The notes below the pieces were generated by a model that was given only the letters and a program-made list of their open reading frames with translations, was not told where the DNA came from and did not search any database. A stretch of 63,164 nucleotides of DNA, the filler included, from Octopus bimaculoides (Eukaryota), in the NCBI RefSeq assembly GCF_001194135.2. It is 7 parts of 6 records of this genome, joined end to end, with 100 filler letters (N's around TTAATTAATTAA, not from the genome) between each part and the next. Parts side by side here need not be neighbours in the genome. Positions count along the whole stretch, not along the records: positions 41,642 to 57,564 come from NC_068987.1; positions 57,665 to 60,914 come from NC_068987.1; positions 61,015 to 63,164 come from NW_026337056.1; 4 more parts are not named here. One strand, written 5' to 3'. The position numbers and the translations under genes were made by a program. Below, one piece after another: positions 51,084 through 63,164 of the stretch. The first letter of the stretch is position 1. Each line of letters begins with the position of its first letter.

Positions 51084-51119
51084 TATATATATATATATAT
51101 CTATATTTATATTTTATAT

Positions 51120-51492
51120 ATCATCGTTTAACGTCCGCTGTCCATGCTAGCATGGGTTGGACGATTTGATTGAGGACTGGCAAGCCAGAAAGCTGCACCA
51201 GGCTCCAATCTGATCTGGCAGAGTTTCTACAGCTGGATGCCCTTCCCAATGCCAACCACTCTGAGAGTGTAGTAGGTGCTTTTATGTGCCACCTGCACGG
51301 GAGCCAGTCCAGTGGCACTGACAATGACCTCACACGAATGAATTTTCTAACGTGCCACCACCACAAGTGCTAGAAGGTGACTCTGGTAACAATTACGCTC
51401 AAATGATGTTATTTACGGGCCACTAGCATGGAAGCCAGACAGCTGCTCTGGCAATGAACACGCTTTGACAGTGCTGCTAGTGCTCCACTAGC
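51120..51492 (-). mobile_element. RTE 3' UTR copy
   Basis: tcatcgtttaacgtccgctgtccatgctagcatgggttggacg... Confidence 0.85.
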
Positions 51493-52519
51493 NNNNNNNN
51501 NNNNNNNNNNNNNNNNNNNNNNNNNNNNNNNNNNNNNNNNNNNNNNNNNNNNNNNNNNNNNNNNNNNNNNNNNNNNNNNNNNNNNNNNNNNNNNNNNNNN
51601 NNNNNNNNNNNNNNNNNNNNNNNNNNNNNNNNNNNNNNNNNNNNNNNNNNNNNNNNNNNNNNNNNNNNNNNNNNNNNNNNNNNNNNNNNNNNNNNNNNNN
51701 NNNNNNNNNNNNNNNNNNNNNNNNNNNNNNNNNNNNNNNNNNNNNNNNNNNNNNNNNNNNNNNNNNNNNNNNNNNNNNNNNNNNNNNNNNNNNNNNNNNN
51801 NNNNNNNNNNNNNNNNNNNNNNNNNNNNNNNNNNNNNNNNNNNNNNNNNNNNNNNNNNNNNNNNNNNNNNNNNNNNNNNNNNNNNNNNNNNNNNNNNNNN
51901 NNNNNNNNNNNNNNNNNNNNNNNNNNNNNNNNNNNNNNNNNNNNNNNNNNNNNNNNNNNNNNNNNNNNNNNNNNNNNNNNNNNNNNNNNNNNNNNNNNNN
52001 NNNNNNNNNNNNNNNNNNNNNNNNNNNNNNNNNNNNNNNNNNNNNNNNNNNNNNNNNNNNNNNNNNNNNNNNNNNNNNNNNNNNNNNNNNNNNNNNNNNN
52101 NNNNNNNNNNNNNNNNNNNNNNNNNNNNNNNNNNNNNNNNNNNNNNNNNNNNNNNNNNNNNNNNNNNNNNNNNNNNNNNNNNNNNNNNNNNNNNNNNNNN
52201 NNNNNNNNNNNNNNNNNNNNNNGAAACATAGGCTGAATCCCCACAGGTATACTTTTAGAAATAGAAATAGGAGGAATACTACAGGATTAAGTGAGTATAT
52301 ATGGGAACTAAAGGATGGAAGAATTAACTATATTTTGCATTGGAAAATCTTAACAACAGCACCAGCGTATAGTACTAGAAATAGAAAATATATGTTATGT
52401 ATTAATGAAATTTTGTTGATTGATTAGGTAATTGGTTGATTAGTTTACTATCTGATTGTTTAAGTATTTTATTATACAATTTCTAGCTGTGAATCAAAGA
52501 GTTATTCCCCTTCAACTAA

Positions 52520-52728
52520 CCAAAATATTACACAAAAACTGGCACAACATAAACATCCCATCATTAGCCTGACTCTCCCACTCGAATAAAACGCTGAAAT
52601 TTGCAGTGTGGGGTCGTGCATTGTCCTGATGAAACATCACTCCTTTTTGATTCACTAAAGCAGGTCTTTTTTACTTCAAAGCTTGGTTAAAATGCTCTAA
52701 TTGCTGACAGTAGACTTGAGCATTGATT
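52520..52728 (-). mobile_element. Mariner transposase fragment
   Basis: INAQVYCQQLEHFNQALK*KRPALVNQKGVMFHQDNARPHTA; absent from the ORF track. Confidence 0.88.
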
Positions 52729-52738
52729 NNNNNNNNNN

Positions 52739-52795
<57 letters not shown>

Positions 52796-53186
52796 ATATG
52801 AGTGAGTGTGTGTGTGTTATATATGCATGTATATATAAATATATGTATATATGTGGGTATATTTATGTATGTATATATGTGTGTGTGTGTGTATCTATAG
52901 TGTATGTGTGTGTATCTCCACTGTCCTGTTTTTGTTCCCAACTTTGACCCTCCATAAATTCCAATTTTTATTTTGGGACTTATGGGAGCAATTGTCTTCA
53001 AAGACTCATATTGTCATTCAATGCTTGAAATGAGGAGTAGATAGACAGCCGACAAGGGTCGTTATTTATGTTACTTGTCCTGTTTTCCATTTGTTTCTCT
53101 CTTTGTTTGAGTATTGAACTCAATCTTTTCATATTTCATGCTGTTTACTGTTGGTGATGTCCTGTACCCATATATGCATGTGTGTA

Positions 53187-53236
<50 letters not shown>

Positions 53237-53886
53237 TATACAAAAATTTAGATTCAGGTACTTAAGTTGAGGCACCAGAATCTAGTACAGTATTATCCAT
53301 ACAGTTTCAAAATAAGGTGATTAAATTCAAAATAAGCAACAGGATATCCAAAGGTAATGCAGTATGATCGTTTCAAGCGACTCCATTTAATTGAGCAATG
53401 CAACCATTACATCAATTTAAATGCAGAGCAATCCTCAGCTGCATAAATACATAGAATTAAATTAAATTGAAACAGATGGACACATGTGTATAATTTTACC
53501 TAAAACCTCAAAGAAGGTAAGGAGATAGACAAAGAACATGCTGCCTTCACTTCAGCTTAGAAGCTACTAAGGTATCAGGAAGAAAGACTTGTTACTGTTT
53601 TTTGGGGTCAGTTTTAATTTATAGTCTTGTTTATCAAATCTTTGCATATCAAAATTTAAGGCCAAAGAACAAGGAGCAGTGTGTTAGGAAATGGGCTGAG
53701 GGAGTCGACAGAAATCATAGTGGGTATAGTCATAAAACTATCAAGATTAATTTGAAGCAATATGATGAGATTTGGTAAAGGAAATCTTAAATCAAGATGT
53801 TAGCTGACAATTGAAGGGGCAAGACTCTAATAAACCAATGATGATAATACAAGGGAAATTTTATCATGGGATACTATAGTTAAATA

Positions 53887-55560
53887 TTTTAAACAATATT
53901 GCCATATTGTATAAAGTTAAAATTTAGGGTTATTCAGAAGATTATTAAGAAGAATTTAATAACAAAAGGATAAAATTTTTTTGAATACTTTTGAGTATAT
54001 ACCAAATTTTACCACAACAGAGGGAGGAAAATAAATTACATAGAAATAGTTTAATATTTATATATATTATGTACTTAAATACTAACTTATTAGATGGTAT
54101 TTATGAAAATTGATCGTTGGCATTTACTGGTATTTAATAAAGGAGTACTCAGGCGAAAGAACATGCTAAGTATATATTAATTAAATTATAATCTAAGCAG
54201 TTTATTTTAAGTTGTGAAGATACCAGTATTGTTTTATATAAGCTAAATATGAATTTATAGGGGTACAAAAATTAGGTTTTTTTTATAAAGGCTATTAAAA
54301 AATAATAAAATGATCAGGTAGGGTAGAACACCATAGAAAAGGAATAAAATAGCTTAATCACTAAAAACTACGATAAAGTATATACACCTTAGTAACATCA
54401 ATAGAGAAGATTTATAGAAAATGTATAATAATTTAAGTCTTTAAACTAAAAATTGTTTATTTACTTATTTAGCTTGTATCAATAAAGACTGATACCTGAT
54501 ATTAGCTAAAGGAATATTGATGTTATAGAACATGCTGACTATATACTAATTATAACTTAAGAGGTATATTACAGGTTTTAAAAGTTATTAGTGTTAATCC
54601 ATACCTGATATTATAATTTCTTAGGGGTATTAAATTAGAAGGGCTACTTACAAAAAGGCCCTTATAAATACTAAGATCAGTAGGGTGGAACACTTTAAGA
54701 AAGGGATAAATAAAGTAATTACTAAAACCATTTTAAACAATATTGCCATATTGTATAAAATTAAAATTTAGGGTTATCAAGAAGAATATTATAACAAAGA
54801 TAAAATTTCTTTGAATACTTTTGAGTATATACCAAATTTTACCACAACAGAGGAAAAGAAATTACATAGAAATAGTTTAATATTTATATATATTATGTAC
54901 TTAAATACTAACTTATTAGATGGTATCTATGAAGATTGATCATTGGCATTTACTGGTATTTAATAAAGGAGTACTGAGGCGAAAGAACATGCTAAGTATA
55001 TATTAATTAAATTATAATCTAAGCAGTTTATTTTATTTTAAGTTGTGACGATACCAGTATTGTTTTATATAAGTTAAGTATGAATTTATAAGGTTACAAA
55101 AATTAGGTTTATTTCATAAAGGCAATTATAAAGTATTAAAATGATCAGGTAGGGTAGCACACCATAGAAAAGGAATAAAATAGCTTAATCACTAAAAACC
55201 ATGATGAAGTATATATACCTTAGTAACATGAATAGAGAAGACTTATAGAAAATGTATAATAATTTAAGTATTTAAACTAAAAATTGTTTATTTATTTATT
55301 TAGCTTGTATCTACAAAGACTGATACCTGGTGTTAACTAAAGGAAGATTGATGTTATAGGACATGTTAACTATATGCTAATTATAAACTGAGAGGTATAT
55401 AATAGGTTTTAAAAGTATTTTGTGTGTTAATCCATATATGATATTGTAGTTTCTTAGGGGTACTTAATTAGAAGGGCTATTTACATAAAGGCTCTTATAA
55501 ATACTGAAATCAGGAGGGTGGAACTCTTTAAGAACAGGATAAATAAAGTAATTACTAAAG
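53887..55560. repeat. Direct tandem duplication, ~840-bp unit x2, AT-rich and purine-skewed
   Basis: ttttaaacaatattgccatattgtataaa at 53887 and 54731; collinear to 55560; roughly 85% identity by eye. Confidence 0.92.
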
Positions 55561-55864
55561 CTATGATGAAATTTGATCAACTAGGCAGGAAAAATTCATA
55601 TGGATTTTATACTAACTTTGTTTAGCACACCAACTAACTATACTACATAGCTTTTATTATATTGTAATATATGCAATGTGCTTTAATTTCAGACTGAAAA
55701 TATTAAAAGTAAGTATCCATCAAAATCAGTTGAATCACAAGACCTATAAAGTGCTACTTTCGAAATTATTTAAAAGTTTGTAGATACATCAATTATGTAT
55801 GCATGATACCCTATGGTTTAATCTATTATTAATCAAGTTGCCTTTATCTTTATGTTTAAAAATT

Positions 55865-56190
55865 TCATGTTTCCATAGAGCACAGCTCACACCCATATCT
55901 ACTATTTCTATAAGGCTGTGCTTTTCTTATTATTTCCCATTTAAGGCTAAACCCAATTCTACTTTCCTTTAATTCCCAAATCTTACTGGATAATGATGCA
56001 CAATTCGCCTTATGTTTAAGTTTAAAAGAGGACAAGTGGTTATATTGACGTTGTTTCATATTAATCGAACAACCAATATATATAAAATTACTAGGTGTAG
56101 TTATTATTGTACATTTATAAATTACATTCCAAGTAAGACATCGGCCTAATAATGGACAGCAGGATTTAACTCTATAATTGCAAATAGGAA
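55865..56190 (-). mobile_element. Penelope-like GIY-YIG endonuclease fragment
   Basis: CNYRVKSCCPLLGRCLTWNVIYKC...YIGCS...RQYNHLSSF...LSSKIWELK...KWEIIRKAQPY...CELCSME. Confidence 0.88.
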
Positions 56191-56343
56191 AAATATTACT
56201 ATTAATATTAGTATTATTAAGATTCATATTATTATTATTAATATTTTCACAATTAATATTTCTATTATCAAGTATGTTATGTTCACGTCTGTTATTTTCT
56301 ACCTCCCCAGCAATCGCAGTATCATTTACATATATATATTTAC

Positions 56344-56384
<41 letters not shown>

Positions 56385-56477
56385 TGCATGTATGTCTGTC
56401 CTTCTGTGTCAGCATCTTTTGTTTTCTGTTAGTATGTATAGTGTATATATATGCATGTGTGTGTGTATATGTATATA

Positions 56478-56616
56478 TCATCATCATCATCATCGTTTAA
56501 CGTCCGCTTTCCATGCTAGCATGGGTTGGACGATTTGACTGAGGACTGGTGAACCAGATGGCTACACCAGGCTCCAATCTGATTTGGCAGGGTTTCTACA
56601 GCTGGATGCCCTTCCC
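56478..56616 (-). mobile_element. RTE 3' UTR copy (another at 57510-57564)
   Basis: (CAT)n cgtttaacgtccgctttccatgctagc. Confidence 0.85.
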
Positions 56617-57049
56617 ACACCTGCAGTAGGTAGTATCTAAAATATGAACAGGGGCTATAGATCTCCTTTCTGGCGTTTAAGAGCATCCCTGGAGCAAGTG
56701 AATCTTTAAAGATCCTTGCCTGCTCTGCTACGCAAAGCTTGTATTGCCGCTCCCATATATATAGAACCCCGGTTGGTTTATGAGCCTTCATTTAATTTCG
56801 TATGGAGTTCCTTCATCTTTAAAGTGCCACATGTGGCTGGCCAGGGATGTGACATAATGCCTTTCCAGAATTTTAAAAGAGGACCTATGGTTGTAGATGC
56901 ACTGCTTTGAGGTAGTTCCAGCTGAATTAATGTATCTACAAACTTGCGTGCTGATTGTGTTCCCATCGCTGGTGTTTCTTCTGTTGTCCCAGGCCTGGTG
57001 TTGGTGTTGTAGCTGCTGTTATTGCTTGGTGTATGGACATTGTATATTG

Positions 57050-57218
57050 AGAAAGAGAAGGCAATCAGAAATTTGGATAATTCTTTATTAGCACTTTCAT
57101 TCATTTAACAAACTCATCAAGACAAAATCAAAATTTTGATTTTATCTTGACAAGTTCAATAAACGAACAAAAGTACTAATAAAGAATTATCCAAAATTCT
57201 GACTGCCTCCTTTTTCTT
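57050..57218. repeat. ~170-bp loopless imperfect palindrome centred at 57133/57134
   Basis: ttggataattctttattag...caagacaaaatcaaaa|ttttgattttatcttga...ctaataaagaattatccaa. Confidence 0.9.
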
Positions 57219-57438
57219 AACCCTTTTGTTACCAACCTGGCTGAAACTGACTCTGAGTACAAATGTCTTGTTTTCATAAGTTTTGAATTAAAATCTTCCA
57301 CTAAACCTTAGTCCCAATTTATGTTCCTAACACTAGCTGAATGATAACTAAGTTATTTTACTATATTCTTTGTTATATTTAAAGTAATTGAAAGAAACAC
57401 AGAGCATCTCAAAATAAATACAGTAACAAAAGGTTTAA
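57217..57438. mobile_element. TTAA-bounded MITE
   Basis: ttaacccttttgttac...gtaacaaaaggtttaa TIRs. Confidence 0.75.
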
Positions 57439-57477
57439 TATACATGTATAAATACACACACACACACACACACACGC

Positions 57478-57511
<34 letters not shown>

Positions 57512-57764
57512 CATCATCATCATCATCATCATCGTTTAACGTCCGCTTTCCATGCTAGCATGGGNNNNNNNNNNNNNNNNNNNNNNNNNNNNNNNNNNNN
57601 NNNNNNNNTTAATTAATTAANNNNNNNNNNNNNNNNNNNNNNNNNNNNNNNNNNNNNNNNNNNNATATATATATATATATATTTGGACATATGTGTATGT
57701 ATATATATATGTGTATGTATCTATATATATGCACACACACGTATACATGTACATGTAAGAGGTA

Positions 57765-58060
57765 CTGTTAAAAGTGCTAGGACTAGTTATACTTTAAAAC
57801 TAAATTCTTATTTACTTTAGATTTAACATCGCCTGCTTCGAAATAGTCACCTCGGGTTTCAATGTTCCTGTCGTGTTTGGAATCCGGCTTCGACGTCGTT
57901 TTCTGCGTGTCGAGGGCCCCATGCGATCAGCTGTTGGACTCGGCAACGGTGTTAAAACGCTGACGTTTGAGCTGCCTTTTCGTCTTGTGGAAGAGATGGA
58001 AGTCTGGGTGTGATAAATCTGGCGAATAGGGCAGGTGCATAAGCCATACGATGTTTATAG
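57765..58060 (-). mobile_element. Mariner 3' fragment (different subfamily)
   Basis: HLPYSPDLSHPDFHLFHKTKRQLKRQRF...IETRGDYFE. Confidence 0.8.
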
Positions 58061-60499
58061 CGAGAAACGCACGTGTGAAGACAGCTCAGGGACATCAGCG
58101 TTTTTATCCTTTTCCTGACCGGGCTTCCGATATGGAATTATTTCAGCATTCTTTTTTTGTATAGTCTCAGATATCACTACCCTTTGATCATACATCCGTA
58201 TGCCGTCGCATGTTGAATATATGTTTAATTGTTGCTGTTTTTTTTTATTTACCGAAGCCATTTTTCCTTTTCTGTAGCTCACCACAGAATTTCTTTTGTT
58301 TCATTAATGAACTTACCTTTTGACGGGGTTCGCATTATTTTCTCCAGATTTCTTGGTAACTCTCGTGCAATGTTCATCATTATGTGTTTAATTTCCTCTA
58401 CGGCTCTTAGGGCTACTATTATTGCGTCCTGGAATGGTTCACCATTTATGGGTATTAACCTGGATTGGCCGTAAGCATGTTCTAGCTTTTCCGAAGGTAA
58501 CGTATTGATCAGACCTCGTATACATGATGGGATTATGTAAAAGAAGGTGATGGACTGATATATGCAGCGTTACGTTTTACTACGTTATTTTGATGTAATA
58601 TTATGGGGCTGTTATCAAATCGTGCGACGTGTGTCGTTGTTGCTCTTATCCACTATGATCCAAAAAGCTCATTTTATAATAAAACGCTTTAATATATTAA
58701 TATATGTCGCTAGGCATTTCTATGTTTCTACGTTCTAAATGCAAGTTCATGTTTTACTGATTTTGCTATATCCGTTATACGTCTGTTTTTTTTCTATAAA
58801 GCATACTCGATTCTACTGACCATATCAAGATTTCTACTGTAAATTCATCTTAAGCGAAGCAAAAGCGAATCGATATTATTTTAGAGTGAAGCGTTTCTGC
58901 ATTTGCAATTTAAGCTATTGACGAATCAGCGGTTAGTTGAAGCAGGGGGTACAATATCATGTTATGAAATTCTATCAAGGTCAACATCACTTAACCTATT
59001 CTTGTTGTTGCTAAAGAAACATAGAAGTTAAGTACCTATGTCAACCCATTCAACTAAACACTCAACAAAATATGGGATCGAACGTAAATACTGAAAATCA
59101 ATATAATGATATAAGTAATGCAAGTTTACCTTTTCATGACAGAGTAAATGTATTTGAGATATATATTTCGAAACCATTTTGCATCGAAGTTAGAGCTGTG
59201 TCATGTTTTGGCTTGTTCCATCTACATACAATATAATGAAATAAAAACCACAATTTCAGTGTAGATTCTGCTCAGTGTTTTCAAATTTTGTGCAAAAGAA
59301 TGTATAACTATTTATGATAAAGCGGCGTGTTGGTAGAACCTTTAGCACAGGAGCCACAATGCTTAGCGGCAGTTTCTCCGTTTGTTCCTTCTGAGTTCAA
59401 ATCACACCGAAGTCGACTTCATGTTTCTTCCTTTTGGGGTCGAAAAAAGAAGTACCAGCTGAGTACTGGTGTCGAGAAACTCGATATAACTCCTTTCCCC
59501 GACGTTGCTAGCCACATGGCAAAATTTGAAACAAATATGATTTTCTTGATATTTGCTGGTCTCTTATTTTAAGTTTTAAAAATAATATTCAGAATTCGAG
59601 AAAACTTGTGATGGTCTAACTCTGCAAACTTTAATGCAAGCTTATTTGTCGCAAAACCCCACAAAATTCAGGAGGTTTTATGTACTCAAAAGATCGAAAA
59701 ATTTAACGTGTGAGGACACATGGTTCCTCTGCAAACAAAAAAATGTATACGGAGGATATTGCGTCGACTGCAGAATAGAGAATGTGAGTAAAAAAGGTTA
59801 ACGAGTAATATATTCCTAGAAACATAGTCTTAATATAATTATTTTCCTTTTTAGATTTATATTGATAATACATAAAGACCCAGACAAGCAATTTTCCATC
59901 ACCTATAACACTAATGATTCTTTTCTGCTTAAAAATCAATAATGATTCTAGAATTATGAGCATTTTGTCAGGGTGGGCCTAATATTCGACAAAAATATAT
60001 TGCACAATCATATTTTAAAGACTTCCTTCAATATTACTTGATTAGCTCTCTTGATTGAAACTCATTAGATATTTTCATTTATTGCAAAAATAACTTGATT
60101 ATGGAACTGCCACAATGTAATAAACTTCAGGAATTAGTGTATCGAATTTTGTCTTACTGTCTCGTCTGTCAATTACTTCTACAATCAATTACAAATGATT
60201 TTGAATGGCATTTCGTTTGTACAAAACATTCCGTCACACAATGTTTCTTAAACATTTAATAGGAACTCCACTGTCTCTATCGCTTAAAAAAATATCTTGG
60301 AAAATGACAAATAAAGTGAAGAGGTGAAAAGAATATAGAGGAAAACAGTTTTTAGCTCCTTATATAATAAATATAACAAATATTGAAAACATATTTAATA
60401 TAACTAGTCTTTTTTTCCTGAGTAAAATGACGAATAATTCAGCTTCTTGAGATACGTTAGAGTGATTTAACAAAAACATTTTTATACGATATCACAAAT

Positions 60500-60715
60500 A
60501 TCGGTTTCAAATTTTGGTCCACGCCAGCAATATTGTGGCAAGGGTCCACTGGACTACATCGTCCCCGTGGTACTTATTTTATCAACTCTGAGATTATTAC
60601 AGACAAAAATCAATCTTAGCAGAAATTGAACAACACTGAATATGAAGATGGAGGAATAGCGAGTAAGCGTTTTGCCCGGCATGCTAACGATTCTGCCAGC
60701 TGACCACCGCCATAA
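60500..60715 (-). mobile_element. SINE (second family), degenerate; a + strand relative at ~59320-59540
   Basis: cgcccggcatgctaacgattctgccagct-type head motif. Confidence 0.6.
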
Positions 60716-61014
60716 CCATATTACAATTAATGAAAGTGTGAACAAAACATTTCTAACACTTTTTACATACAATTCATCACCGCCACCAATCTCCTGCAAG
60801 CCCAAATATTTTCTTTTATATATATGAAATGTTCTATAATATACAGAGCCTTGTTTTTTTAAAACTTATTGCGAAAAGTAAATCCTTATATACGTATGTA
60901 TTTATGTATATATANNNNNNNNNNNNNNNNNNNNNNNNNNNNNNNNNNNNNNNNNNNNTTAATTAATTAANNNNNNNNNNNNNNNNNNNNNNNNNNNNNN
61001 NNNNNNNNNNNNNN

Positions 61015-61050
<36 letters not shown>

Positions 61051-62639
61051 CACACACGCATATACATATATATATATATATATGTATATGCACGTGTTTT
61101 TGCGCGCGTGTTCATGTATCTGATGCGTTTGTGTATATGTATGTGTGTGTATCTATATCATACGGTTATATATATTTCATGTATACAACATACATACATA
61201 TTTTCCGAAGTGGCAACTGACCGTTTCGAAATTGAAGAAGTTTTGGCAAGCATTATATATTTACATCGTTTATCTTCTCACAGTATAGAAATGTATGTGT
61301 CAAATATACATATATATCATCTAACTAGTATACTTTTTTCTTTGTTTTTTCCTATATACTTGTTTCTTTTCCTGATAGTTGACCAATGGGAGTCTCACGC
61401 CAGTGAAGATTTACTGCAAATCTCTGGCGAATATATGCTTTGCGACCATTCACTGATCGTCTATTATGGATGAGCACTTTTAGTTACCCACCGAAGGAAA
61501 TAATCACACGATCGATTAAGTCATGGCATCTGACACCACTTTAAAATGATGTGGTCGGTGGATGTTTCTGCTGAAAAGCTCTACTTGTGTTCCAATGAAT
61601 TTTGAAAATTATGAAAAATAATTAGTGAAGTAATCGTGCTCGCATTAATACAAACTAATATGAAATTATTATCGGAGATTTTAATTTAAATCGCTTTTAA
61701 ACCATAAAATTCATAATATAGAATCATAGCAGTATCGGGCGGGACGATATGCTAAGGGTTAGCACATTCTCTGGTAACTATTGGTATATGATCGGTAACT
61801 CGATCTTGTTGAGAATATACACGTCGTATAAATGCCTCACCTGTTCTGATCTTGTGAAGGGGCTGTTCATGAAATTGTTCTTGTGTCCAACTAATAGGAG
61901 AAGTATTGCATATTTGCACAACCAAGCGAATGTAAGGAAACTTGTTTCGTCATTCATGAAAAACGCCATGTTATTCGTTCAAATTTTAAGATTTCTTGTG
62001 TAGACGTTTCCTGGTTTTCGCAATTACGTAAAGTTATTCCTAAACAATCGTAATCTTATAAGAACGAAGATTTCAGACAAGGTGCAGTTATCCTTCGCAC
62101 ATAACAATGTGAAATGCCGAGTGTATACTTTGTAAGAAAAATGTAGGAAAAAGATGTAGGAAAAATGGCGATAAATGCTTTCTAAAGTCTACCTGATGCA
62201 ATGAGTACCATTTGGTATAGAGGTTTGACTCGCTTATCAATGATGACCCGGTCATCATCGATGTATGTAATAGACAGAATTTTTCTGTCTATTACATTAT
62301 CCTAAGAAAAGTTCTCCATGATAGTCCACAGTGAAATACAAACAGAGATTTCCATGCGTTTGAGTTGCCGAAACACCGCTTAAAAAAAAAAAAATTACAA
62401 AAAAAAAAGAAAAAATTCAACGTTTCGATCAGAAAAGCACGATATCGTGTAGTCCACCGTTTTCATATGAAATGAAATGGCGTCATGTATACTGCTCAAC
62501 ACAACCAAGCACGTGACTCCTCTCACCGTTATTCAAATTACCGCCATTTTATATAACAGATTTCCTATACATATATATATATGCGTATATACATGCATAC
62601 TTATGTATAAACATTCATACATACAAACATATACATACA

Positions 62640-63164
<525 letters not shown>

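Noticed and set aside
53887-55560. NUMT interpretation of the AT-rich duplication
   Set aside because: The strand skew (A with G) does not fit cephalopod mtDNA, and I saw no mitochondrial gene motif.

Overview
Eukaryotic, AT-rich, gapped draft-assembly window with no prokaryotic features. The repeat families and microsatellite load suggest an Octopus genome; this is my inference, not a database result. Positions 1-10504 hold the last seven exons of CTR9 (PAF1 complex subunit) on the + strand, all with GT-AG introns and consistent phases, ending in ...SDDDDSD*. The rest is dominated by repeats: a ~6.7 kb CpG-dense (ACGA/ACGT)-based satellite with polarity inversions and higher-order blocks (12.27-18.97 kb), many tRNA-derived SINEs, about a dozen RTE-LINE 3' ends, Tx1/L1, Penelope, hAT and mariner fragments, and TTAA-bounded MITEs. 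A decayed Gypsy LTR element with a 5-bp TSD sits inside a mariner transposon (46.8-51.1 kb). The least explained features are the satellite, five near-loopless foldback palindromes, an ~840-bp purine-skewed tandem duplication, and a CpG-decay signature in TEs far from the only identified gene. I found no clear new protein-coding system. The best candidates for something new are structural or epigenetic. SINE and fragment boundaries are approximate (read by eye).
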